Position numbers and translations under genes: made by a program. Shown here piece by piece: positions 28,344 to 38,163 of a stretch of 64,000 nt of DNA. Numbering within the stretch: the stretch's first letter is position 1; each line of letters starts with the position of its first letter. The notes under the pieces were generated by a model. The model searched no databases, was not told the origin of the DNA, and worked only from the letters and a program-made list of their open reading frames with translations. The DNA is from a virus (lineage: Duplodnaviria; Caudoviricetes), in the IMG/VR virus record IMGVR_UViG_3300049472_000168, positions 64,001 through 128,000 of that record. One strand, 5' to 3'.

Positions 28344-28927
28344 TGGCCATAGTTGAATCCGAATAAATAGGTCTGTCCGTTTATTTTTACTTCGGAGTCA
28401 AAACTGCCACAACATCCTCTTTGTTGCGCTTTGCGATATCTCCTGCGGTCTGGAGAATTGCTCTTCAGGGCCCATCTCCAGTTATCGACGCATTTCTTGT
28501 CTGCTGATGCGTCTAGGATTGCTGCTTCGATTTGGTGTCCAATCTCAAACCCGTATTGATTTATTGGAGAACTCAGCCTTCTCCTGTGGACAGCATCCCT
28601 GGCATCAAATCTGGCCTGTTTTACAATAGACCTCGCCAGGGCCTTATTTTTTGAGTCAATGACTTGGAGAGGCTTCCTCATCGAGCCGATGCCCTTTTCC
28701 TCCATGTCCTTAAAGACCTGTTTCCAGTACTGCTTATCATAAGAGCCGAAAAATAGCGATTTCAGGTAATTCCGTACCTCAAGCCTACAGGTATTGAAAT
28801 GCTCGCCCTCCGGCATCTCGCCACAGGCGCAGATTTCCACAGCTCCCTCTCCTGGTCGAAAGAATCCTGCCCAGCCCGGAAGGATTCTAGGATCTGAAGG
28901 ATGCATGAATCTGTAATTATGTCTCAT
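28340..28927 (-). CDS. Hypothetical protein
   Basis: 195-aa ORF ending GCCGSFD...FGFNYGH. Confidence 0.55.
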   Translation of the reverse strand: MRHNYRFMHPSDPRILPGWAGFFRPGEGAVEICACGEMPEGEHFNTCRLEVRNYLKSLFFGSYDKQYWKQVFKDMEEKGIGSMRKPLQVIDSKNKALARSIVKQARFDARDAVHRRRLSSPINQYGFEIGHQIEAAILDASADKKCVDNWRWALKSNSPDRRRYRKAQQRGCCGSFDSEVKINGQTYLFGFNYGH

Positions 28928-29219
28928 TTCCTGCTCGACGCCTGGTGCGCTCGTTCTGAATGGTCTTCAGGTTGTAATAGATCGTCCGGATATCTTCTTC
29001 CATGGCTCCAAGACTCAACATACGCTCGGTATGCTCGTCTTCGGCGGCAGCGAAAGCCTCATTTCCCAGGGGATAATAATCCCTAACATGAGGAGCACAT
29101 TGACGCAGGGCCTTCTCCAGATTCCGGATGGCATCCAGGGCGTCTGAATAGGTCTCTGTCAAATAATCCAGACCGCTTCCGTTGAGGTGAATCGCTGGCA
29201 TCGTTGGTGTTTTGCTCAT
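28917..29219 (-). CDS. Hypothetical protein (IHLNG..PHVRDYY motif)
   Basis: Start revised to 29219, behind TTGACG-17-TATTTA-7-ATG. Confidence 0.6.
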   Translation of the reverse strand: MSKTPTMPAIHLNGSGLDYLTETYSDALDAIRNLEKALRQCAPHVRDYYPLGNEAFAAAEDEHTERMLSLGAMEEDIRTIYYNLKTIQNERTRRRAGNET

Positions 29220-29317
29220 GCATTTATAAATACCAGGGTTTCGGGCTGGCGTCAAGACCTTAATCTTACAGGCTGGAAGGAAATCCCTTTTGAGGGGGAT
29301 TCAAAAGGAGAACAACC

Positions 29318-29725
29318 ATGGCGAACGCGATTTATACGGCAGCAAAAAAGGCACTTCTGGACGGCGATATTGACCTCTTGGTCAACGATATCAAGGCCGT
29401 ATTGGTAGATACCAACGATTACACCCATAACATCGCTACCAACGATTTTCTCGATGATATCAGTGCTGGTGTAGTCGCGACCTCGGCCAATCTCGCAAAC
29501 AAGACCTCTACAGGTGGAGTCTTCGATGCCGATGATGTCGTTTTTTCGACCGTTACCGGGGATGTCTGCGAGGCCGTTGTTCTCTATGTTGATACCGGGG
29601 TGGCTTCTACTTCTAGACTGATTGCCTTTTTCGATACCGGAGTAGGATTGCCGGTGACTCCTGGTGGCGGCAATATCACGATTACGTGGTCCAATGGGGC
29701 CAACAAGATTTTCTCGTTGACATAA
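29318..29725 (+). CDS. Virion structural protein (minor tail/fibre-associated)
   Basis: MANAIY..AK..LL.GDID...IKAVLVD..Y...FDADDV.F...LIAFFD...PGGGNITITW, a pattern of phage minor tail proteins; AAGGAG Shine-Dalgarno. Confidence 0.65.
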   Translation: MANAIYTAAKKALLDGDIDLLVNDIKAVLVDTNDYTHNIATNDFLDDISAGVVATSANLANKTSTGGVFDADDVVFSTVTGDVCEAVVLYVDTGVASTSRLIAFFDTGVGLPVTPGGGNITITWSNGANKIFSLT

Positions 29726-29744
29726 TCCCTTTGGGGTCCAATAA

Positions 29745-30284
29745 ATGCCCACTCGTACTTATGCTATTTATGTTGGCCGTAAAAGTAACGGAAGCATCGT
29801 CTATTCGTCTTTTACGCAGCCAACACCTACGGCTGAACAGGCCCTCACTTCAGTAGTGAGACGACTCGGCGGGGCCCCCGAGGACTACGCCGTAGTCCTG
29901 CTTACGGATGAGACCTTATTTAATAGGATTAGCGCCAAAGAACTCGTCACTCTCCGAGTACAGGAGACCAACGGAACCTGGGACCTGGTTGCTGACTTTA
30001 GTCAAGAAGACAATGTTGTTGTTCTGAGTCCGAGTTTTTCTAGCAATATGATCCAGTACGGGAATAACGTTACTATAACTGTAACTGCCTCTAGGTCAGT
30101 AAATGTGTCTGCTAAGATCCCGATCAATACTCCAATCGGGAATGCTTTGCTTCATCTAGATTTCGTCGATGGAATTGCGACTAGAACCATCAATCTTTCC
30201 CATTTCGGTAGATGGATTATTCCTGCCTCTAGAACAAATACTTGGAAAATTACTGAGGACGCTACAGTAAACGCGTTTATCTAA
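29745..30284 (+). CDS. Putative structural protein
   Basis: Beta-rich ORF inside the structural operon. Confidence 0.5.
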   Translation: MPTRTYAIYVGRKSNGSIVYSSFTQPTPTAEQALTSVVRRLGGAPEDYAVVLLTDETLFNRISAKELVTLRVQETNGTWDLVADFSQEDNVVVLSPSFSSNMIQYGNNVTITVTASRSVNVSAKIPINTPIGNALLHLDFVDGIATRTINLSHFGRWIIPASRTNTWKITEDATVNAFI

Positions 30285-30287
30285 AAC

Positions 30288-33002
30288 GTGGCAATTGTTT
30301 CAATACAGCGAGGATTCTCTTCTCTAACAGAGTCTCCTGACAACGTAGCAGTACATGCACTTTCGTCTGTTACCCTCGCAAATACAGTAGTATTCTGGCA
30401 GCTTAGGGCTGACTCCTACAATCCAAGAGCAAGAGCAGCAATAGTTCGTCTTACAGATGTAGACGAGCTTACGGTCGAAATCTTTGGTGCTTCAGGCGTA
30501 GACACCACGATTCAGTGGTGGGTTGTAGAGTTTGACGATGTCACGGTACAGGCAGCAGTATATGCGGCATCAGGCAGTAACACATCGCAAACCGAAACAA
30601 TAAGCACTGTAGACCTAGACGAATCGTTCCCGATATCGTCAAATATATCGTCCTTGACTAGCTGGTCTTACGGTGAAGGTATTCGCGTACTGCTACCGTC
30701 AACTACGCAGATAAGATGGCGAGCGGCTTGGTTTCTAGATGGACGTAATTTAAGCTATCAGGTCGTCTCATGGCCAGGGGCATCGGTACAACATGCTTTA
30801 TTGGGGCTCAACGACGCAAGCACAGATAGCGACACCGCCTCGATAACTGCTGTAGATCTAGACCGAACATTCGTTATCTCTTCGTCATATATCGAAGCGG
30901 CTGTAGGTGTTACAGCGGGTAGCGATGTCCCATTGGTGTCATTTGACGACACCGACACGATCAGGATTCAGCGTCCCTCTGGTGGGTCTACTGCGTTTTA
31001 CGACGATGGATCTGAAAAGGGTTGGGGTGCAGAAATCGTCGAATTGCCGACCGGATATACTGTTCAGTATATATCCGGAACAATTGCAAACGGAGATTTA
31101 TCAGAAGACGTATCGATTACAGCGGTCGATCCAGACTCAGTCGTTATCGGTGCCGGTCTCTGGAGCTGGGCAAGCGGGCACAGCTCATCTGGCGATGCCG
31201 GTGATTCTTGGAGCACGGCAACACTATTTGATACCGATACACTTAGAGTTGAGCGTGATTCGTCTGGCACAGATGCTAGTTATGCATTCTTCGTTATTTC
31301 ACAGGATAGCGCAGATCTCGTAGTTGAACCCAACGGCATAGCCCAAGGAACAGCTCTGGGAGATCCTTCGGTAGCTCTAGATCTGTCTCCAGGCAGTATT
31401 AGTCAGAGCATCGCTCTGGGTAGCCCGTCTGTAGTTCTCGATCTGTCTCCAAGCAGTATAACTCAAGGAGTAGTTCTAGGGGACCCGTCAGTAGCTCTGG
31501 ATCTGTCTCCAGGCAGTATCGCTCAAGGAACCGCTCTAGGAAGCCCTTCGGTGTCTCTAGCCCTGTCTCCGGACAGCATTGGTCAGGGAATAGCTTTAGG
31601 TAACCCTGGGGTCAGTCTCGAAATTTCCCCAGAGGGAATCGGCCAAGGAACAGCCTTAGGTAGTCCGTCGATATCCCTAGACATATCTCCTGCTAGTATC
31701 GTTCAGGGCATCGGCCTGGGTAGCCCTTCCATAGCGGCAGGACTAAATATTTCTCCAGACAGCATTGGTCAGGGAATCGTCCTAGGCAGCCCCTCGGCAG
31801 GACTAAGTGTTTCTCCAAATAGCATCGTTCAATCAATCAATCTGGGAGAACCCACAGTAGTTGGACCCGGAGGAATCTCTCTAGGAAGCATCCAGATTCA
31901 GATCGTCCTAGGCAGTCCCGAAGTCTCTGCCCAGGTAGCTTTTAGTTCTCAGCAAAATAATGAACTTCCCCGTAGACCTAATCTATTGGTCAGGGCTCTA
32001 CAGCCTCTACCTAAATCCATGACCGAAGCCAGAGGAATCCATCAGTCCGACGTAATAATGAGGACAGCTCTGGTAATGGCGATAGCCGACTTGAGAGCCA
32101 GACCTTGGCTGCTTGAATACGTCTTTGCCTCATTGATTGACGATTTAGAGACGGCTCATATCTATGGCGAAAAAGAACGCCAAAAAGCCAAGGAATGGTT
32201 TCTTAACACCGACATCCCTGTAGTCATGGATTACAGGATGGATGACATCGAAGGGACCTGTATATCGATATCGCTAGTGGAATCCTCTGAGGCCGAAGTG
32301 ACTCTAGCCGATGTCCACTATATCCCGACCGAAGAGACCGAGGCAGTATGGCCTCCTTTGACCTCGGAATTTACTCCGACCTCATATTATGCGACCACAG
32401 GGATAATTGGGATCCCAACAGAAATCGGGGACGGCCTCGTCATTTCTCCTGGCATGGTTCTGGTCGATTCCAGTGGCAAACACCACGAAATCCTCGGAGT
32501 CTCGGATCGATATACGATTCAGATAGCTCCAACTGTCGCCAATTTTACGTCATCTCTGATTAAATCTTCAAAACCACGACTCATTACGTCTATAGAATCT
32601 GTCTCGATGCGGGAATCCTACAGAATAGGCTGCCACGCCCATGGCGAACCATTCTTCTTGACCTGGCTCCATGCCATTGTTGTGTTTATTCTGTTGAAGT
32701 ACAAAGAAGCTCTCCTGGAGGCCAGGGGATTTGAGAGGTCTACCATTTCGTCGGCCCCATTCTCTAAGAACGAAGCCTTTGGTCAAGAAAACGTCTGGAC
32801 CCGATTTATTACTATCAACGGATATGTCCGTCAGTACTGGCCCAAGGCTAGCGGCGAAAGAATCCTAAGTGTCGGTGCCGATGGCGGCATCAAGTATTCC
32901 AGAACCGGGGAACTAGCAGAGGTCTTTGTACCTCAAGACGGCTTCGAGGATGGCGAGGCACCCTGGATGAGCCAAGACGGTGTCGGAATTATTGTCAAAT
33001 AG
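30288..33002 (+). CDS. Structural fusion protein: beta-repeat N-terminal domain, 20-aa tandem repeats, C-terminal putative tail-terminator/neck domain
   Basis: Repeated S/T-rich units (AVDLD..F.ISS), about ten repeats, then a globular domain from MTEARGIHQSD (32019). Confidence 0.55.
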   Translation: MAIVSIQRGFSSLTESPDNVAVHALSSVTLANTVVFWQLRADSYNPRARAAIVRLTDVDELTVEIFGASGVDTTIQWWVVEFDDVTVQAAVYAASGSNTSQTETISTVDLDESFPISSNISSLTSWSYGEGIRVLLPSTTQIRWRAAWFLDGRNLSYQVVSWPGASVQHALLGLNDASTDSDTASITAVDLDRTFVISSSYIEAAVGVTAGSDVPLVSFDDTDTIRIQRPSGGSTAFYDDGSEKGWGAEIVELPTGYTVQYISGTIANGDLSEDVSITAVDPDSVVIGAGLWSWASGHSSSGDAGDSWSTATLFDTDTLRVERDSSGTDASYAFFVISQDSADLVVEPNGIAQGTALGDPSVALDLSPGSISQSIALGSPSVVLDLSPSSITQGVVLGDPSVALDLSPGSIAQGTALGSPSVSLALSPDSIGQGIALGNPGVSLEISPEGIGQGTALGSPSISLDISPASIVQGIGLGSPSIAAGLNISPDSIGQGIVLGSPSAGLSVSPNSIVQSINLGEPTVVGPGGISLGSIQIQIVLGSPEVSAQVAFSSQQNNELPRRPNLLVRALQPLPKSMTEARGIHQSDVIMRTALVMAIADLRARPWLLEYVFASLIDDLETAHIYGEKERQKAKEWFLNTDIPVVMDYRMDDIEGTCISISLVESSEAEVTLADVHYIPTEETEAVWPPLTSEFTPTSYYATTGIIGIPTEIGDGLVISPGMVLVDSSGKHHEILGVSDRYTIQIAPTVANFTSSLIKSSKPRLITSIESVSMRESYRIGCHAHGEPFFLTWLHAIVVFILLKYKEALLEARGFERSTISSAPFSKNEAFGQENVWTRFITINGYVRQYWPKASGERILSVGADGGIKYSRTGELAEVFVPQDGFEDGEAPWMSQDGVGIIVK
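31321..31930 (+). repeat. Degenerate ~60-bp (20-aa) tandem repeat, about 10 copies
   Basis: Consensus (D/E)LSPxSIxQGxxLGxPSVxL. Confidence 0.85.
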
Positions 33003-33013
33003 AAGAGGAAACC

Positions 33014-33247
33014 ATGAAAGCAGTTATAGAAGGTATCAGTTGTGAGGGGACCCCAGAGGAAATCGCTGAAATCGTAAGGCTTCTGAAGGATCCCCAAACA
33101 TTTCAGGTTCCCCAGGTCCCTTTTATTCCTCAATTCACCTACATATGCAGTCACGATTTCCCTCAGATATGGCATGGCGTGATTCCTCCGGTCTGTTCCA
33201 AGTGTGGACTACAGGCGCAGTCCTCCTCACTAACCTTTACTGTTTAG
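33014..33247 (+). CDS. Small Cys-containing hypothetical protein
   Basis: GAGG Shine-Dalgarno; EGTPEEIAE and C.HDFP...CSKCG motifs. Confidence 0.55.
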   Translation: MKAVIEGISCEGTPEEIAEIVRLLKDPQTFQVPQVPFIPQFTYICSHDFPQIWHGVIPPVCSKCGLQAQSSSLTFTV

Positions 33248-33249
33248 CA

Positions 33250-35151
33250 ATGGCACATAACAGTTACGCTTGGCATGATGGTCATACCTCGTTCCATCTC
33301 GGAATGAAGAAGACAGATCATCCCAACACCATGGCTCATGGGCCCATAGGAAATGACCAGGCCGCTGGGGTGGGGTCGAAAGACTACGGCAGGATGGCGG
33401 CACCTTATGGTACTGTGACGAAGGGCGTCAAAACCAACCTCAAGTTTTATCCTTTGGAAGGCAAGCACCAAGAAGCCTCGAAGCAGGTAACAGATCATGG
33501 CTACCAGGTTTATTATGCCGGTGGCCCCCATGGGAAGCCAGACCTAGCTACTAAGAACTACAATACTAAAAATTTGATGATATATGACCCCAGTGCTGGA
33601 TCTGGAGGCGACTTCGGGGACACCTCCTATACCGACGCCTGGCGTAAGACCCATGAACTGGCCCATGCTTTGACTTATGGAGATGTCAACAGTCTCTATG
33701 GCGAAGGTCGAAGGATCGGAGCATTAGGCAAACACAGGACCCCGAGAGAAGCCAAAAGAGCGGTTCATTGGGAATGGCTAGTTGCCCACAAACAGCGAGA
33801 ACTGGCTAAGCAACTAGGTGTCCATATCAGTGATGCTGATTTTAATCGAGAAACCAATACGGTTATGCATGATGCCGTTCATCGTGCTATCACGGGCAAG
33901 TTCAGCGAACCCGGAGACGAAGGATTTAGTCCTCACCCTCACAAGGTTCCTCTGGAAACAGCTCTAGGTATGATTGACCAAGAATCGAAAAGACTCGGAC
34001 TCAGGCATGACGACGATCTATTGCAGAAGTCCGAATTAGTCAAATTTTGTAGCCCTGACACAGAACTTAATCTTTCCGTTACTACTGGGAGTCACATGGA
34101 CGCCAAAACACTTAAATCCGAACTAGCTAAATCACTTCGCAGCGTTGTTGAGGCCCATGCCAAGACTACTACTGGACTCATCGCATCAGAATCCAGAGGT
34201 CTCGAAAAACTCAATAAATCTGATATCGAGAAATGCGGAGAAATCGAGAAATCCGATGTCGAGCCCGCAGAGTCTTCGAGCTGTCCCGGATGTGGTGGTG
34301 AATCCCACGAACTCGGCCCCATGGGTCGGAGGAAGCATTTTATGTGTAAGGGCTGCGGCCTGACCCACAGCAGAGGGGAAGAGACTCCCTCTAAGGAAGT
34401 CAAGAAAGAAGAGCTTCCTGCTGTTAAGGCTGCTGATGAGAAGCCACGAGATGGCGCCGTGATGCCTGATGACAAAAAGTCTAAGGTTGTCGATGCCGAA
34501 GGTGCCGGTGGTGATGTCTCTAAAGGCAAGATGGCTAAGAGGGAGACCGCATTCGTCAAGAAGCCCGCTGCTGATGACATCCAGGCTCCGATTAGCGGTG
34601 GTGAAAAGAAAGCTGCCGGTATCGGATTCCTTAACGGCCTGATTTCAAAGTTTCATGGTGCCGGAGACAAGACCTGGGCTAAGACTGGTCAGACAGCCCC
34701 TAGTCCCGGTGCAGTGGCAAGACGAACTGGTTCCAGAATGGCTCTTGCAGAGATGCCTCATCAGAACGATGGTGCCAAGATGCAATCCAACGGGACCACT
34801 GTCCCAATGGGCAAGACAACTGCCGAAGAAGCCAACAAGGAAATCAAGGGCTTCAAGTCTATCTTCAATAATCCTACGGCTTTCCCCAAGGGTAAAATGT
34901 CCTTTACCGGTGGCCATACTTCAGTGGCTGGAGCCGACAAGGAAATTCGAGGCTTCAAGTCGCTGAATCTGAAGCCTCCGATGGTCAAGGATGAGATCCC
35001 AGCAGCTCCAAAGGCTCCCTCAGCCAAAGCGACGAAGCCCCCTAAGGTCGCCCCTGTTCCGACTCCGAAGACCCCTAAAGTCGAAGGCCCCAAGGCTCCT
35101 GGAGCCACGGCAAAGGCTGAAAAGAAGTCCGACAAGAAGTCGAAGAAATAA
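33250..35151 (+). CDS. Multi-domain putative head-internal protein: zincin-like HExxH domain, zinc ribbon, Pro/Lys-rich tail
   Basis: THELAH; CPGC...CKGC; dense K|S motifs (LLQKSE, TLKSE, LAKS, LNKSD, IEKSD). Start revised from 33145 to ATG 33250. Possible internal start at 34096. Confidence 0.6.
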   Translation: MAHNSYAWHDGHTSFHLGMKKTDHPNTMAHGPIGNDQAAGVGSKDYGRMAAPYGTVTKGVKTNLKFYPLEGKHQEASKQVTDHGYQVYYAGGPHGKPDLATKNYNTKNLMIYDPSAGSGGDFGDTSYTDAWRKTHELAHALTYGDVNSLYGEGRRIGALGKHRTPREAKRAVHWEWLVAHKQRELAKQLGVHISDADFNRETNTVMHDAVHRAITGKFSEPGDEGFSPHPHKVPLETALGMIDQESKRLGLRHDDDLLQKSELVKFCSPDTELNLSVTTGSHMDAKTLKSELAKSLRSVVEAHAKTTTGLIASESRGLEKLNKSDIEKCGEIEKSDVEPAESSSCPGCGGESHELGPMGRRKHFMCKGCGLTHSRGEETPSKEVKKEELPAVKAADEKPRDGAVMPDDKKSKVVDAEGAGGDVSKGKMAKRETAFVKKPAADDIQAPISGGEKKAAGIGFLNGLISKFHGAGDKTWAKTGQTAPSPGAVARRTGSRMALAEMPHQNDGAKMQSNGTTVPMGKTTAEEANKEIKGFKSIFNNPTAFPKGKMSFTGGHTSVAGADKEIRGFKSLNLKPPMVKDEIPAAPKAPSAKATKPPKVAPVPTPKTPKVEGPKAPGATAKAEKKSDKKSKK

Positions 35152-35184
35152 TTTTAACTTAAGCAGATCAAAGGATAACGCACT

Positions 35185-37692
35185 ATGGCACAACAATTCG
35201 CTACCGACTCCGGAGTTCTAACGATTCCTGGAGCCTATCCCATCGTCAAGGTCCAGAACAACCCCAGTGGCTTGGCCACAACTGGCGTCCTCATGGTTGT
35301 TGGTGAGGCCGATTCAGGCCCCAGCTATGCCGAGGAATCAGACCTGAGCCTGAACGCTTTCGGTCCGGATCAAATCGGTGATGTCGTCGCCAAGTATCGC
35401 TCAGGCCCCATTGTCGATGCCTTCAGAGGTGCTGTTGCTGCATCCAATGATACCGGAATCACAGGTAGCTTCGGTAGGTTCCTGGTTGCTAAAACCAATA
35501 CCTCGGCTAAAGCTACTGGAACAATTCCTGCTATCGGTGGTGGAACCTACGCCAATATCAGCGATAAGTCAACTGGTAAGTCTGGTAACTTGATTTCCAG
35601 AGTTCTGACCTCGGCTACGACTGAGGTAGTTCCTTCTACTGGTAATATCGTTCTCTGTCCTCCTCAGGTCAGCACTGATGTTGCCTTCCGCGTCAACGGT
35701 GGAGCCGAAGTTACGGCTTCGTTCTCGGCTGCGAATAGCCCGACAACGATGGCCGCTGCCATCAGCGCATTGGCCGGTGTTGTTGCTACGGGTGGTGTTG
35801 ATAGGCTTACCGTTAATGCCGTTGCCGGTTCTTTGACGGTTGCAGTTGTCAGCGGTTATGCCGTTACTTTCACCATCACTGGCGCAACATATAACGTGCT
35901 GCCTTCAGTTGGTGATATCCTTTATGTCCCCACGGGTAGCCCCCTGGCTACTGCTAATGAGGGTACTTATGTAGTCACCGCTGCTGCTGGTACCGTTATT
36001 TCGGCTCGCAAGCTACTCGATGCTGCCGGTGCCGGTTCTGCTCTGACGGCTCCTACCGCTGAGGGTCCGATTGCCATCGCGGCAACAACCGACCTGAAGT
36101 GCTACAGCCCTGTGGTTATTTCTAACGAGGCCGGTGTTGTTGTTCCGGGTCTTGGAAAGTCGCTGGAAGTTGCAAATACCAGCACTGGAAATTTCGGGTC
36201 CATTGCTTATGTCTTTACCTCAGCAACTGCCAGCCCTCCGGCTGCTAATGCTACCTTCGTTTCCACCTCTGTGGTTCCTACGGTCATCACGTCTTCGGCT
36301 GAGTACGGTGTCAGCATTAATACTGCAAAACAATCCGACAACATCTCTGAAACCGTCACGGTCCAGGGCCAGGTCTGGTTGACTCTTGGTTATACGGGCA
36401 CCACGGCATCGGCTGTGATCTCGGCTGGTGTCATGACGATCACGGTTACGGGTGGAGCCGGGGCGTCTCAGACCATCACGCTGGCTGACTACCCCACAAT
36501 CGCAGACCTCTGCCAATACCTCAACTCCTTGACCGGATACACTGCGGCTCCTGCCACAACAGCTCTGGGTCAGAAGGCCTCTACATCCTTGGACGCCGGG
36601 ACCTACACCATCGCTACCAAGCATGGTGCCAAGACCGGAAGAATCAAGGCAGATGGTTACCGGTTCTTGACTGAAGTCAATTCTGGAAACATCCTCGTCG
36701 ATATCTCTGCGGTTATCCCTGCAACAGCCCTGGTCGGTCTCCCCGATGTGGCTTCGCTGGCTTTCCTCAGCGGTGGTGCCAGAGGTGCAACGACTGATGC
36801 TGCCGTTCTGGGGGCTCTGGATGCGCTCAAGGCGTGTCGAGGCAACTTCGTTATTCCTCTATTCAGCCGAGACGCATCATTCGATATTACTGATGGCATC
36901 ACGGATGCGGCGTCAACCTACACCATCGACAGCATCAATACAAATGCCAGGGCTCACGTCCTGGAGATGTCGCAGATGAAGAAGAGGCGTCCGCGTCAGG
37001 CCTTTGTGAGCTGTCGCGACACCTTCACCAATGCCAAGAACAAGGCCGGTAACATGGCGTCCTCCAGAGTCTACATGGGCTTCCAGGATGTCAAGGACAC
37101 GAACTCTGCTGGTGTTCTGACTCAGTTCCAGCCCTGGATGCAGGCAGTCAAGGCTGCTGGTATGCAGGCCGCTGGGTTCTATCGTCCGATTGTTAACAAA
37201 TTGGTTAATGTATCGGGGGTCTTGCATCCTGGTGGTGGTTTCAATGACCAGTTGGATTCCAACATCGAAGATGCCTTGAAGGCTGGTCTGAATCCTGCGG
37301 TTCGTGCCGAATCCGGTGGCTACCGCTGGATCAGTGATCAAACCACCTACACCAGAGATGATAACTTCGTCTTCAACTCGGTCCAGGCCGTATATGTCTC
37401 CGACATCATTGCTCAGACCGTGGCTCAGCGAATGGAACTGGCCTTCGTCGGTCAGTCTGTGGCTGATGTCAGCAGTGTTGTTGCCAAAGCCGCTCTGGAC
37501 CGCATCATGGGCGATATCCTGAGACTGAAACTGACAGCACCTTCTGATGATGGCGCCCTTGGTGGCTACAAGAATGCCTCGATTAAGATCAACGGACCAT
37601 CAATGGTTGTGAGCCTGGAAGCGAAGCTCGCTGGCGCGCTTTACTTCATACCAATCACCTTCTTGGTGACGCCAGTCCAGCAATCAGCTTAA
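35185..37692 (+). CDS. Contractile tail sheath protein
   Basis: PGAY N-terminus, VVGEADSGP, LSGGARG, DQTTY, C-terminal FVG...YFIPITF; 835 aa; AAGGA Shine-Dalgarno. Confidence 0.85.
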   Translation: MAQQFATDSGVLTIPGAYPIVKVQNNPSGLATTGVLMVVGEADSGPSYAEESDLSLNAFGPDQIGDVVAKYRSGPIVDAFRGAVAASNDTGITGSFGRFLVAKTNTSAKATGTIPAIGGGTYANISDKSTGKSGNLISRVLTSATTEVVPSTGNIVLCPPQVSTDVAFRVNGGAEVTASFSAANSPTTMAAAISALAGVVATGGVDRLTVNAVAGSLTVAVVSGYAVTFTITGATYNVLPSVGDILYVPTGSPLATANEGTYVVTAAAGTVISARKLLDAAGAGSALTAPTAEGPIAIAATTDLKCYSPVVISNEAGVVVPGLGKSLEVANTSTGNFGSIAYVFTSATASPPAANATFVSTSVVPTVITSSAEYGVSINTAKQSDNISETVTVQGQVWLTLGYTGTTASAVISAGVMTITVTGGAGASQTITLADYPTIADLCQYLNSLTGYTAAPATTALGQKASTSLDAGTYTIATKHGAKTGRIKADGYRFLTEVNSGNILVDISAVIPATALVGLPDVASLAFLSGGARGATTDAAVLGALDALKACRGNFVIPLFSRDASFDITDGITDAASTYTIDSINTNARAHVLEMSQMKKRRPRQAFVSCRDTFTNAKNKAGNMASSRVYMGFQDVKDTNSAGVLTQFQPWMQAVKAAGMQAAGFYRPIVNKLVNVSGVLHPGGGFNDQLDSNIEDALKAGLNPAVRAESGGYRWISDQTTYTRDDNFVFNSVQAVYVSDIIAQTVAQRMELAFVGQSVADVSSVVAKAALDRIMGDILRLKLTAPSDDGALGGYKNASIKINGPSMVVSLEAKLAGALYFIPITFLVTPVQQSA

Positions 37693-37710
37693 ATATCTGT
37701 AATCATTAAC

Positions 37711-37738
37711 GAAAGCCCAGGTTTTACCCTGGGCTTTC
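37711..37738. terminator. Intrinsic (probably bidirectional) terminator between convergent genes
   Basis: GAAAGCCCAGG-TTTTAC-CCTGGGCTTTC hairpin. Confidence 0.75.
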
Positions 37739-38163
37739 TGCTTTAGTCCTCGAAGGCTTCCCGAAACGACTTCATGGAACGAAGCAAATCGGAAGTCTTG
37801 TTCAGACGCTTTCGCGTCAGGAAGAATTCTCGCGAGCTTTCAAAGACGTTGTCTCCGTTTTGCTGCATCTGTAGCAGGTCGTCGGCAAGCTTGTCCCGGA
37901 GGAGGACCAAAGAATTCCGGAAAGGGTCGAAATTTGGAAGATTTGTCATTTTTTGTTTCTCCAATCACAATGCACTTGTCTGAGTATTTTCCTTTAGCCA
38001 GATAAGCAGGCGCTCCCTGGGCCTTCAGCGATGAGCATTTTAAGGCCTCATCCTCGTTGTTGATATTGGTAGTGCAGAACCCAACGAAGAAAGAAAAGAG
38101 CAAGATCCAAGAGATAACACATATCACCCACCAGATGTTTTTCATTTGATTAATATATCCGAT

